DNA of 64,000 bases from a virus. Its lineage: Duplodnaviria; Caudoviricetes. The position numbers and the translations under genes are program-made. The notes below the pieces were generated by a model. The model was not told where the DNA came from and searched no databases. It saw only the letters and a program-made list of their open reading frames with translations. The stretch covers positions 23,380 to 87,379 of IMG/VR virus record IMGVR_UViG_3300024284_000007; one strand, given 5' to 3'. Shown here one piece after another: positions 42,358 through 51,785 of this stretch. The stretch's first letter is position 1; the number at the start of each line of letters is the position of its first letter.

Positions 42358-45300
42358 AGGACTACCCCAGCTCCGTAGACCTGACCGGGCTGCGTTACGG
42401 CTGTTCCCGCTTCCTCGAACTTGAGATGAACTTGCTCTACTTCAGGTCGAGGCTCCCAGTATTTGCAAACCCCTTCGGGAGCTATCTCACCAGCGACGAG
42501 ATCGCATGTTCCATCGTGAAACATAACGCAGTTTCCGCAACGATGATCACCTGTGGCAACGCGATAATCAGCGCTCCACTGTGATACTTTTGGGCGATTT
42601 ACCGACTTATTTCCGGGATCAGAGCCCTGGTGAATCTGCTTGGTGTGAGTTTCCAGCGCCGCCATGCGGTCCCGGGGGCTGATGTTGCCCACGTAAGCAA
42701 GGACCGGCTGGTTCAGCTTGTAGTGCCGCGCCAGGGCTCGGTGATGACCGTCCACGATGAACGCCCTGTTGGAATTCGGCTCCTGCACGAGAACGGAAGG
42801 AGAAGTGTTCCCCTCTCCTGACCTGATGCCCTTCGCGAAGCGGTTCACCGCGTCCGGCTGGTGACTTGCCGCCCACTTGTCTTCGTCGTCGGTATCGACG
42901 CGCTCCCAGGGCACATTGACCGGACCGATCCAGCGTGCCCGCTTGACCCACTCGATGGCGTCGTTGGGGAAGTTCTTCTCCAGCTGGGCGTAGACGTGCC
43001 GCCATTCCACGGGATTGGCGTCGGTGACGTGCTGAGCACCCTTCCCGGCGACGACATTGCTTTCTTCCTCCGGATCCCAGTGCTGGACGAAGACGGAAGG
43101 ATCGGCTGTCTCGGGAAGCCCCGGGCGCGGCGTCGCGGGCTTCGGGGTCTTCGGACCGGGAGTGCTGACCACCGGATGCGGGGCGACCTTAGGGGATCCT
43201 ACCGAGATGGCTCCCGGTCCGGGATCGCTGCCGATTCCCCCTTCAGGCCATTTGTCCTGCTCTTCCTCTCCCTGATCGGGGAACCTGCTCGCAGGACGGT
43301 TGCGTACACGCCGTTTCGGGTATTCATCATCGGAGGAGCCTCTCGGGTAGAGATGCGCGCCAGCCGAGTCAGCGTGATCCGGATCGCTTCTCGGAGGCTC
43401 CCCGCCAGCCGAAGGTCCCGGGACAGCCCCAGGTCCCGCGTCAGGCCACTCAGCACCGCCCCGCTGGGGATAAGGCCACCTGGAGCCCAGTCCCGCGCCG
43501 TGGCGGTCGGGGTCATCGATGGTGATCTGCTGCCCGGTCTCGGTGACCATGTTCTGCAGGACCTTAAGCGACTGGTCTTTCAGTGCCTGCTCAAGATGCG
43601 GGGTCTCCGGTCCGTCCCAGTCATCGCGGAACTTCGGGGAGAGATCAAGATCGCTGATCTCCTTGCGGCGGAACCAGCCTGTCCCTGCGGTCTCCTCGGG
43701 GGTGCTGCCGTTCATGGCGGGAGTGAACATCGCGGGCGATTCGCACAGGTACAGGTAAGCCAGCTTGCCGTCTTCTTCGAGGTGCGTGAAGTCCCTTATG
43801 ATATTGAGAGCCGGGATCTCGCCGATTTCCTCGGTGGTCTCGCGGAATGCGGCGGTCATTCCCTCCTCGCCGACATGGGCGGTTCCGCCGGGCATTCCCC
43901 AGGTCCCGTCATCGCGCTGCTGGAGGAGGTAGCGCCATTTCCCGTCATCATCTCTTGCGCGGATCAGCAGCCAGGCGACGCGGGATTCGTCTTCGCTCTT
44001 ATGCGCCTGCGGCGGCATGGCGTCGGTTCCGGCGGGAAGGGGGACGCACCGGCAGTTCGGGTGACAGGGACCGGAGAGACCGCCGTGGGAAAACGAGGCG
44101 TCCAGGGGGATAACCCCGTCAGAGGAGGCGTCCTTGCAGATATCGCAGGCGTCGTCGGGGGCTATGGCGAGATGCTTGTGACTGACCCCGTTATCGCGGT
44201 AGCACTGCATCGCGCCGTCGTTCATGGCTCGGGCTACCTCAGTCCTGGCGATGATCTCGCTGCGGGCATTGGAGTTCCCCAGCCCGGTCCGGGAGACCTG
44301 CTCCAGCCAGTGAGCGCCCTCGGTGTTCAGGAAGTCCTGAAGGTGATCTCCGTAATCCCCTGCGCTTTTCCCGAGAAGTTCTCCGGCGGAATCATACCCG
44401 AGCTTCCACGCCTTGGTCCACATAGGGGTCATCGCCGCGAGGAAAGTCTCTTTCGTGGCGTCGGAGATGAGCCCGTGGAGAGTCCCCACGGAGACGTACA
44501 TCTTCCCCGAGGCGGCATCCTTGCGGATCTGCGAGCCCTTGATCTCGGCGTCCTGGAATGCCTGGCTGATTTCCTCTTTGTAATGCCCGACGAGACCGAG
44601 GTCCTGCTGCCAGCCGGGGAACTGAGAGGAAGACTTCACGGCTGCCGCGATAAGCTCAGGGGCTTCCGAGAAAGGGACAGGTCCTTGCAAATAGCCGCTG
44701 ACCGGCGTCATGTCCACCCACGGTGAGAGATCAAGCTGGTCAGTGATGCTCTCGGATTTTGCCTCGATGTCCATCGCCCGCCCGATGGCGGTATCCAGCA
44801 GCACGCCCTTCGCGATATCCTCCGCGATCCTGGCGAGGGTGCCGTTGGTGATGTTCACCGGCTCCCAGGAAGTGATCTCCCTGCCCTTCCTGAGGTGCCT
44901 TCTCAGCGCGTCCAGCTCGGAAGCTGCCGCTGCCTTGTTGCGGATCCGGTTCTGAGTGGGAGCGAGTCCCTGCCCTCTCTTGCGGGAGCCGTTGTTGCCA
45001 GTTCTTCCGGTACCTCCGGTAGAACCCCGCTGGGGGCGCAGGGTCCTGGTAGCCCCCTGTGCCGCCGCGTGCTGGGGAGTGGAGGAAGGATCGGGTCGCG
45101 AGGGGGAGACCGGGGCGGAATGGGTGCCGTTCGGCTTGGTGGCGGACGTGCCCTTCTTCGGCTTGGCGGGACTCTTCTTCCCGGAGGAGGAGCTTCCCTG
45201 ATTCTGCCCCTGGGTAAGCATCGCCTGGATGAGCTTGGGTGCTTCGGAGAACGGGATGGGTCCGTTCTGGGTCATCACGATCGGCTCGGAGGTCTCCTGC

Positions 45301-46853
45301 AGTCCCCACGGGGGCATGTCCAGCCGGTCCCGGACCTCATCGATGGAGGCAACGCCGTTCTGGATCTGCTCGACGCCGAGAGAGGTAATCGCCTGCTTGT
45401 CCTGGTCGTTGACCAGCCCCTCGAACTCGAACTGCATGTCCGGCTGGTCGCAGATGTCCCGGAGGATGTGATTGAAGATGTCCGCGATCCACTTGAGCAA
45501 GGGCAAGGTGGACTTGCGGGACTTCACGTCACGGGCTTCCTCGCCGGAGAACCTCACCCCGGAGGCGGAAGGGCCGGTGGGAGTCCCCCCGATGTCGGGG
45601 ATGATGCCCAGTTCCGAGGGCTGCACGTCGAATGCCATGCAGACCTGGTTCATGACGAGATAGTCGAAAGAATCGCTCAGGTCAACCGGGCGCTGCGGCT
45701 CTACCTTACTTCCGGGAGGCAGCACGACGACCTTCAGGTGATATGCCGGATCACCTGCGAGGGCATTGAGGGCATTCTGCAGCTCGCCGATCTGAGTAGG
45801 TGTTATATTACTATCGCCCGGCGATATGTAAACGGCGGGAACCGTTCCTTCAGTGAAATAGTCGAGCTGGAATTCCTGCTTCTGCAGACCGCTGATGATA
45901 GGCAGCAGCGCCCTTTCAACCGGGGGGAACCCGTAGGGAGTCTCTCTCGTCGCCCAGTAGGGGGCATAAAGCATGATATCGGAGTTGAAATCATTGACTT
46001 CAGCCCCGGCGAGACCAGCTTCCTCGATATCGGAGCCTGTTGCCAGCGTCATGTAGTCGCTGCGAGGGACTCCGTAAAGAAACTGCTGGTAAGCAGGGGC
46101 AGGGGGTCTCGGGTGCCCTCCGTGGATGTCGATCAGGGGGCGGATCGTAGGTCCGGACACAAGATTGAGCGAGTCCAGGTTGCTGCCGAGGAGTCCTCTT
46201 CCGCCCATTCCGAAGGAAGCGCCGTATTTAGGCCGGAAAATGAGCGCGAGGGCATCATAGACGAAGATTTCCTCAAGGAACGCATTGAGGAAGGTGTCGA
46301 AATTCCAGAAATCCGGGTCAGGACGCCGGAAGAACCTCTTGGCTTTCGCCTTGCGCTCCCCGAAATCCCGCATGGCGCTGCGGTCGCCCTGGTATGCCTT
46401 CGCGGCATCAGTAGTGAGGGTGATATCCCAGCGCAGCCCCCGGATCTCCTCGCAGCGCAGCTCAATGGCAGCCCTGGCGACCGAGTACTTCTGGGCGAGG
46501 GTGCGGAGCTGGTCGAAAGACGCCAGCTTGAGCCCTTCCGACCCGGGAGGAGTCGGGAGGTTCCAGGCATTGCGGTACTGCCACCACCTGGGACCGGGGA
46601 ATGTCCCGCCAGGCGGCGGCTCATCGACCGGCGTCGGCTGGATCGGGGACATCGGGGCGAAAGCCCCGTCAGTGAACACTCTCGGATCGCGGGGAAGAAA
46701 AGGACCGTAAGTGTTGGCGTAGGAGTTGTTGTAGTACATCTCCGCCTGGACCGGGCTGATCCTGCCCATGCCGGAAGCCTGCGGGGCAGCGGTGTAACGC
46801 GCCCCTCCGGGAATGGACTTGATGGCACTGACGATCGCGCCGGGCCGGGTCAA
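42354..46853 (-). CDS. Portal protein fused to MuF, NUDIX, ParB-like and HiPIP-like domains
   Basis: Portal-like N-terminus (YGFPPVERAL, YFTEGTVP, DEVRDRL); IARTEVARA...PCHPNCRC; GGTAHVGE...AAFRETTEEIG; IVDGHHR; CGNC...C...GVCKYW. Confidence 0.85.
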   Translation of the reverse strand: MTRPGAIVSAIKSIPGGARYTAAPQASGMGRISPVQAEMYYNNSYANTYGPFLPRDPRVFTDGAFAPMSPIQPTPVDEPPPGGTFPGPRWWQYRNAWNLPTPPGSEGLKLASFDQLRTLAQKYSVARAAIELRCEEIRGLRWDITLTTDAAKAYQGDRSAMRDFGERKAKAKRFFRRPDPDFWNFDTFLNAFLEEIFVYDALALIFRPKYGASFGMGGRGLLGSNLDSLNLVSGPTIRPLIDIHGGHPRPPAPAYQQFLYGVPRSDYMTLATGSDIEEAGLAGAEVNDFNSDIMLYAPYWATRETPYGFPPVERALLPIISGLQKQEFQLDYFTEGTVPAVYISPGDSNITPTQIGELQNALNALAGDPAYHLKVVVLPPGSKVEPQRPVDLSDSFDYLVMNQVCMAFDVQPSELGIIPDIGGTPTGPSASGVRFSGEEARDVKSRKSTLPLLKWIADIFNHILRDICDQPDMQFEFEGLVNDQDKQAITSLGVEQIQNGVASIDEVRDRLDMPPWGLQETSEPIVMTQNGPIPFSEAPKLIQAMLTQGQNQGSSSSGKKSPAKPKKGTSATKPNGTHSAPVSPSRPDPSSTPQHAAAQGATRTLRPQRGSTGGTGRTGNNGSRKRGQGLAPTQNRIRNKAAAASELDALRRHLRKGREITSWEPVNITNGTLARIAEDIAKGVLLDTAIGRAMDIEAKSESITDQLDLSPWVDMTPVSGYLQGPVPFSEAPELIAAAVKSSSQFPGWQQDLGLVGHYKEEISQAFQDAEIKGSQIRKDAASGKMYVSVGTLHGLISDATKETFLAAMTPMWTKAWKLGYDSAGELLGKSAGDYGDHLQDFLNTEGAHWLEQVSRTGLGNSNARSEIIARTEVARAMNDGAMQCYRDNGVSHKHLAIAPDDACDICKDASSDGVIPLDASFSHGGLSGPCHPNCRCVPLPAGTDAMPPQAHKSEDESRVAWLLIRARDDDGKWRYLLQQRDDGTWGMPGGTAHVGEEGMTAAFRETTEEIGEIPALNIIRDFTHLEEDGKLAYLYLCESPAMFTPAMNGSTPEETAGTGWFRRKEISDLDLSPKFRDDWDGPETPHLEQALKDQSLKVLQNMVTETGQQITIDDPDRHGAGLGSRWPYPQRGGAEWPDAGPGAVPGPSAGGEPPRSDPDHADSAGAHLYPRGSSDDEYPKRRVRNRPASRFPDQGEEEQDKWPEGGIGSDPGPGAISVGSPKVAPHPVVSTPGPKTPKPATPRPGLPETADPSVFVQHWDPEEESNVVAGKGAQHVTDANPVEWRHVYAQLEKNFPNDAIEWVKRARWIGPVNVPWERVDTDDEDKWAASHQPDAVNRFAKGIRSGEGNTSPSVLVQEPNSNRAFIVDGHHRALARHYKLNQPVLAYVGNISPRDRMAALETHTKQIHQGSDPGNKSVNRPKVSQWSADYRVATGDHRCGNCVMFHDGTCDLVAGEIAPEGVCKYWEPRPEVEQVHLKFEEAGTAVTQPGQVYGAGVVL

Positions 46854-46863
46854 TGAGCCTCTT

Positions 46864-47199
46864 TCATGACACCTGGAGCTGTCCTGCGATACGCACGGGG
46901 ATTTCCGGGCTGTCCGTGATCTTCACGTAGATGATGTAGGTACCGATTCCCAGGGTGATCGTTCCCGCCGGACCGACCAGGCATTTCGCCGTATAGGGGT
47001 ACAGCACGTTCGACGGGACGGAATCCCAGGAACCGGAAACCCAGTCGGAGTTCTGCGGGACCTGCGTCGGGGTCGGCATGAACGCGAACTGGACGGTATC
47101 CGCCGTGGGGTTATAGGAAACCCCGGCCCTGAGTGCGTTTACCGGGATGTTCACGTCCTCGGTGGACAGGTGAGACTGCCCGATCATGGCGAATCCCAT
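46864..47199 (-). CDS. Small beta-rich structural protein
   Basis: Thr/Pro/Val-rich ORF between terminase and portal. Confidence 0.6.
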   Translation of the reverse strand: MGFAMIGQSHLSTEDVNIPVNALRAGVSYNPTADTVQFAFMPTPTQVPQNSDWVSGSWDSVPSNVLYPYTAKCLVGPAGTITLGIGTYIIYVKITDSPEIPVRIAGQLQVS

Positions 47200-47334
47200 T
47201 TACCCTCCGGTTATCCAGTTCGAGTAGGGAATCCCGAGGGTGAAGGTGATCGCGGGAGAGGAAGCCGACACCGGGATAACCCGCAGTGATCTCCTGCGCC
47301 GGAACATGCGCAGGACCCGGTAACGGCGCTGCAC
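47200..47334 (-). CDS. 44-aa Arg-rich peptide
   Basis: Exactly fills the gap between two genes (TAA-GTG and TAA-ATG junctions). Confidence 0.45.
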   Translation of the reverse strand: MQRRYRVLRMFRRRRSLRVIPVSASSPAITFTLGIPYSNWITGG

Positions 47335-47808
47335 TTACTCTTCCCATTCCACGGTCAGGGTGTAGCTCGATCCTGACGGCATGGTGTTGACCCGGTTCAC
47401 GAACGCGAACCCGACATTGGTCGCGGGAGCATACGGCGGGGAAAGGTCCTCGGGGATCTCCCACGGGAAGTCCCCGCCGGACTGGGAGTTGAAGGTCAAG
47501 GTGATCTCGTCGGCGGCATTCAAGGTCGGAGCCCCGGTCCAGGCGGAGATCAGGTTGTTGCTGTTCGCGGCGAAAGCGGAGTTCATCGGGAAGGCGGTCG
47601 CGTTCACCGGGGTATTCGGGGATCCGGCGTGGGTGGGGTTAATCCCGACCTGGAGCTGCTGGCTGCTCACCGCCGACGATCCGGCGATCACCCCGATGAT
47701 CACCCTGCGCAGCCGCAGCCCGGTCGCGGACGAGTACCCCAGCCACGCGAAAGCCGTCCCGGACGCCAGTGCCGCGCCGGAGGTGAGCTGTGCCTTATAG
47801 CGTGCCAT
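47335..47808 (-). CDS. Putative structural protein
   Basis: Beta-rich 157 aa with an RBS. Confidence 0.65.
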   Translation of the reverse strand: MARYKAQLTSGAALASGTAFAWLGYSSATGLRLRRVIIGVIAGSSAVSSQQLQVGINPTHAGSPNTPVNATAFPMNSAFAANSNNLISAWTGAPTLNAADEITLTFNSQSGGDFPWEIPEDLSPPYAPATNVGFAFVNRVNTMPSGSSYTLTVEWEE

Positions 47809-47823
47809 AGAAGCCTTTCAGCG

Positions 47824-49128
47824 TCAGAAGAGCCCGGATCGCTGGCTGGTGAGCGGCGGGACGAGAGTTGAAGTAACAGGAGTGACCTCGGCGTCCAGCC
47901 AGTAATTCTGCGCAAGACCGTCAACGTAGAGATAAGGGAACTGATCGGGACCTGGCGGGGAAACAGGCTGCGAGAACGTGCACTGACCTCGTTCCGTCGT
48001 TCCCGAGCCATTCGAGAACGGCGGGGTATTGCCTCCGCCCGCACCCAGGAACACGTACGCCAGCGATGCCGTGGACAGTCCCGGGGCTGACAGCGGACCC
48101 CATGTGATCCCGCTGCCTCCCGCTCCGGTCCCCCAGTAATTCGTAGCCGCATCCTTCACCGACCACCCGACCGGGGATGCCGCGTTATTGAACACGGATA
48201 CCTTGTAGTTGCCCGCAGGAAGCGTCACTCCGGCGAACGAGCAGGAAATCCATCCCGCACCGGCAGCTCCCGACCACGACGGGGAGTTCGTCCCCGCGAC
48301 TTTCGTCCCGGAGCTGGCTCCCTGGATCGACCATATGTCAGCTGACGTGGCGAGCTGCGTTGTTCCTGACGGGGAGTAATACCAGATCTTATTCAGCGTG
48401 CACGGCTGCGACAGGTGGAATTCCGTTCCCAGCACATAGTTGACGCCGAGGTCCGTGACCGTCGCCGGGTTCGTATCGACCTTATTCGGGTATATCCTGT
48501 ACGAGCCGGAATACGTCACGGGACCCGTATCGGTTACCTGCACGTCCACCCAGAAATTTCCCGAGTTCGACCCTGCGTTCGGCATGATCAGCGACGGGTC
48601 GGTCCCGGCGGTGGAAAACACTCCCTGCGAGGTGCCGTACGGCTCAGCCTTTGTCCCGCCGTGCACCGGCTGGTCCGAGAAAGCCGTCAGCGGCCCGTTC
48701 GTGATGCCAGCAGTATTCCCGCCGGTCCCCCAGGATCCCGCTGGTCCGCCGCCTGCGCCTGACGTGTCGGAATCCGGGAATCCCGTGCCGTTCGTGACGA
48801 ACCACCCGATCGCCGCGTTATAGGCGGTCCCGATCGCAAGGGGCACCGGGGATGCCAGTGCCACGAAATTCCACTGCCCCCGGGTGAGGACGCCGGAAGT
48901 GACCGTCGTGGCGGGAACCAGCGTCCCGGTCGCCGCGCCGTTGATGTTCCACAGCGCGCATTTCCGCGCTACGGTATCGCCGTTGGTACCGGGCACCCAG
49001 ATCCAGTACCCGCTGAACCACATTCCCCCCTGGGTGACCTCGAAGATCACCCCGGAAAGGAAATTCCCGGTATAGGAGACCGGAGACGCGGGACCATTCG
49101 TCGCGGGAAACAGCCGGTACGTAGTCAC
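47824..49128 (-). CDS. Tandem DUF4082-like beta-sandwich protein (putative carbohydrate-binding)
   Basis: Two repeats ending NFWVDVQV and NYWLDAEV; LGTEF...IWYY motif. Confidence 0.6.
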   Translation of the reverse strand: MTTYRLFPATNGPASPVSYTGNFLSGVIFEVTQGGMWFSGYWIWVPGTNGDTVARKCALWNINGAATGTLVPATTVTSGVLTRGQWNFVALASPVPLAIGTAYNAAIGWFVTNGTGFPDSDTSGAGGGPAGSWGTGGNTAGITNGPLTAFSDQPVHGGTKAEPYGTSQGVFSTAGTDPSLIMPNAGSNSGNFWVDVQVTDTGPVTYSGSYRIYPNKVDTNPATVTDLGVNYVLGTEFHLSQPCTLNKIWYYSPSGTTQLATSADIWSIQGASSGTKVAGTNSPSWSGAAGAGWISCSFAGVTLPAGNYKVSVFNNAASPVGWSVKDAATNYWGTGAGGSGITWGPLSAPGLSTASLAYVFLGAGGGNTPPFSNGSGTTERGQCTFSQPVSPPGPDQFPYLYVDGLAQNYWLDAEVTPVTSTLVPPLTSQRSGLF

Positions 49129-49146
49129 GGGCTGCCTCCGGGCATG

Positions 49147-49172
49147 AAAAAACCCGCCGAGGTCACGGCGGG
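49147..49172 (-). terminator. Intrinsic terminator just upstream of the DUF4082-like gene
   Basis: CCCGCCG-TGACCT-CGGCGGG-TTTTTT. Confidence 0.7.
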
Positions 49173-49191
49173 CACAGGTACTCCTGTGATA

Positions 49192-49220
49192 CTTATATCA
49201 CAATACCGCAGTTAAGGCAA
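49192..49220 (-). promoter_or_regulatory. SigA-type promoter
   Basis: TTGCCT-17 nt-TATAAG; spacer contains CTGCGGTA. Confidence 0.55.
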
Positions 49221-49401
49221 ATACCATCTCCGCCCGTATGCCCAGCTGGAGAAACCTTTCCTGGGTCGCGCGGATGATGATATTCCTATCGTATCCTATT
49301 TCCTCTTCCGGGGACAGGAATGCCCGGCGAAGGTTTTGTAGACATCCCCGCAGTCGGAGCAGACGCTCTGCCAGCCCAGCACGACAGACCGCGCCAGCCG
49401 C

Positions 49402-49593
49402 CTAGCCTTCCTGCTGGGCATTCTGCATCATCGACAAGGTGATGAAGACATTGGAGATAAACTGCGTCATCACCGGCTCGGAGAGACCGGACATCATCCC
49501 GGCAGAATGAATCTGGGCGAGTCCCTTCATGATATTCAGGACCTCTTCCGGCGGACCGAAAGGGTCCGGGGGCATGGGCGTTTCGTCGCTCAA
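49402..49593 (-). CDS. Hypothetical protein
   Basis: Coupled small ORF. Confidence 0.55.
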   Translation of the reverse strand: MSDETPMPPDPFGPPEEVLNIMKGLAQIHSAGMMSGLSEPVMTQFISNVFITLSMMQNAQQEG

Positions 49594-49832
49594 TCATCCT
49601 CCTCAGGAGAATCGTCGAAGACATCTTCTATGAATATTACCTGGCTCTCATCCCATTCCTGCCAGTATTCCACCTCAGTGCGGTTCCCGTTGCCGATCCA
49701 CGTCTGCTTCTTGACGCGCGGGCAGGCGCGGAGGTGATATCCCCCGCAATCCTGGCACAGCCCCTCCGGGCGGGCACTGAAAAGCCCGGTAGCCTGCATC
49801 GCCAGGCGTTCCTCCGGGGTCAGCTTAGCCAT
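49590..49832 (-). CDS. Small Zn-finger-like protein
   Basis: CQDCGGYHLRAC. Confidence 0.6.
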   Translation of the reverse strand: MAKLTPEERLAMQATGLFSARPEGLCQDCGGYHLRACPRVKKQTWIGNGNRTEVEYWQEWDESQVIFIEDVFDDSPEEDD

Positions 49833-50001
49833 CTTCGGGAGTAAGCTTCCCGGGGATGTCGGACTTGCCGCAGCAAGGGCAGTAGCCGCAGTTCAGGCAT
49901 TTCCCGGCATGAGCAGCATGCGCCGGATACCAGTAAATGCCCGTATCAGGAACCGGGTTCCACGGAATAGCCGAGGTCACCGAGTAGTTAGTGAAAGTCA
50001 T
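49825..50001 (-). CDS. Small Cys-rich protein
   Basis: Overlaps the terminase stop; CLNCGYCPCC. Confidence 0.5.
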   Translation of the reverse strand: MTFTNYSVTSAIPWNPVPDTGIYWYPAHAAHAGKCLNCGYCPCCGKSDIPGKLTPEDG

Positions 50002-51695
50002 CAGATTCTCCTCCCGGAAAGCCAGTTTCTCCCAGTATAACTTCTCCCGGAATTTCCCGCTCCGGTAAGCTTGGCGATCTCCGACATATACGCCATCGGA
50101 TCGGGGTTGCATTCCGGGCACTTCCCTAGCTTCATGGCGTATTCGTGACCCTGCGGGCAGGTCCGGCTATATGCTGCCGCCCACCGGATCGCCGACTTCT
50201 GGTGCTTGAGATCCCGCTGCGGCTTCATCTCTACCGGGGCACCGCATTTCTTGCAGGCTTTATCCACCATGATCTGCACGTCCTCGCGGCAGTTGCCGCA
50301 GGGCATGAACCCGTAGATCTCCTTGTAGTTGACCATGGCGAAGCCGCACAGCTCGCGCATAGCGTAAACCCAGGCATCGGCGCGGTCGTCGTGGGCTTTC
50401 ACCCGGTCGTCGTAGGCGGTCAGGGCGCACAGCTGCCTTTCCAGCTCCTCGAAGGCATTATGCTCCCCGACCATGTGTATCTGCCCGCGCTCCATCAGCG
50501 GGGAAATGGGCTGCGCCCGGATCTTCTTGGAGTTCATCGCCTGGATGGCCTTGAACGGGATGTAGGGATTCTTGTTGTAGAGCATAGTCTTGAAGTAGTC
50601 CCCGACCCCGTTCTTCTCCCCGACGACCATATCGGCACTCCACCTGTGGAACGCCCCGATGAGGGTATCCATCACCTGATCCGGGGTTCCCTGGATCGAG
50701 CAGTCCTCCAGGGTGTACAGGTGCCGGTCCTCTCCTTCGGCGCAGACCGCGATACCGGTCTCGTCGGATTTGAAGGAAGAGGAAGACGCCGGGTCCACCG
50801 CGACGACCACCCGGCGGAAGTCGGGGATCTCGTCGTGACCGACGCGGAACCTGTCAAACCATTCCATCTGGAACAGGGCACCGGGGATCTCTGCGATGAA
50901 CTCGCCCTGCAGCTCCTGCCTTTCCAGGAAAGAGCCTTCCTCGAAACGGGAGGTCACCCTCTCGATCATCTCGGTGACGCCGCCCGCCTTCCAGTTCTCG
51001 GCGGAGGTGGCGTGAGTGAAGTGGACTTTCTGCGGGTTCGTCTCCGCTTCCTTGATGATCTCCCGGAGCAGCTTGGTATTGCGCGGGGTGGTGGTGATCA
51101 TCATCTGGCCCTTGCTGACACGCAGGGCAGGAAGCAGCCCGGCTTCGTAGAACTCGGGGTAGCGGATAATCCCCAGCTCATCGAACCAGCAGTACGCGAG
51201 GTTGGCACCACGGATCGACTCGGGCTTCTCGGCGGAGAAACCCTGGATGATGCTGCCGTTGCGGAGGGTGATGCGCAGGTCGTTGCGGTTATGGTCGATA
51301 ATCTCGCCGGGCTGCGCCATGTGCTTGATCCCGGACGGACCCTCGAAACAGGTGTTCTTGACATCGGCGAAGGTGGGGGCGCAGACCGCGACCCAGATGC
51401 CCGGCTCGGAAAGACCCCGGGAGATCGCCCAGTTGGCTCCGGTGCGGGTTTTCCCGAATCCACGTCCGGTCATCAGCAGCCAGGTCTGCCAGTCCGGGTT
51501 GGGACCGTCGCAGCCGCAGCGCTTCCCGGTACGGGGATCGGTCAGGTGATGCCTGGGATGGTCGGGGGGGAGCTGCTTGAAGTAAGCCTGCTCTTCCCAC
51601 TGGCGGGGCTCCCTGGCTGCCTTGAAAGCGAGGATTTCCTGCGCCAGGCGAGCCTTGGTCTCGTCGGAGAGCTTCTTGGGGTCTGTTCTTGCTAC
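50001..51695 (-). CDS. terL: Terminase large subunit (N-terminal 74 codons lack a canonical start)
   Basis: QLPP...DWQTWLLMTGRGFGKT (Walker A), WFDE (Walker B), TTTP, VAVDPA, HDDRADA. Confidence 0.92.
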   Translation of the reverse strand, partial: VARTDPKKLSDETKARLAQEILAFKAAREPRQWEEQAYFKQLPPDHPRHHLTDPRTGKRCGCDGPNPDWQTWLLMTGRGFGKTRTGANWAISRGLSEPGIWVAVCAPTFADVKNTCFEGPSGIKHMAQPGEIIDHNRNDLRITLRNGSIIQGFSAEKPESIRGANLAYCWFDELGIIRYPEFYEAGLLPALRVSKGQMMITTTPRNTKLLREIIKEAETNPQKVHFTHATSAENWKAGGVTEMIERVTSRFEEGSFLERQELQGEFIAEIPGALFQMEWFDRFRVGHDEIPDFRRVVVAVDPASSSSFKSDETGIAVCAEGEDRHLYTLEDCSIQGTPDQVMDTLIGAFHRWSADMVVGEKNGVGDYFKTMLYNKNPYIPFKAIQAMNSKKIRAQPISPLMERGQIHMVGEHNAFEELERQLCALTAYDDRVKAHDDRADAWVYAMRELCGFAMVNYKEIYGFMPCGNCREDVQIMVDKACKKCGAPVEMKPQRDLKHQKSAIRWAAAYSRTCPQGHEYAMKLGKCPECNPDPMAYMSEIAKLTGAGNSGRSYTGRNWLSGRRI

Positions 51696-51704
51696 ACAAC
51701 CACC

Positions 51705-51748
51705 TCCTTACATAACAGAACCCCGGAGGGTCAAGCTCCGGGGTTCTG
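51705..51748 (-). promoter_or_regulatory. 13-bp inverted repeat with a -35 (TTGACC) in its loop; terminator and/or terL promoter
   Basis: CAGAACCCCGGAG-loop-CTCCGGGGTTCTG; TTGACC-18 nt-TAAGGA. Confidence 0.5.
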
Positions 51749-51785
51749 TCTTCTCGCCGAAGGGCGCGTAGCGCTCGTCAGCCTA

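Noticed and set aside
51289-51699. TTG-initiated ORF with a TTA as a bypass-type N-terminus for terminase
   Set aside because: Codon bias and the helical sequence favour the terminase frame all the way to 51695; the TTG frame reads like an off-frame sequence.
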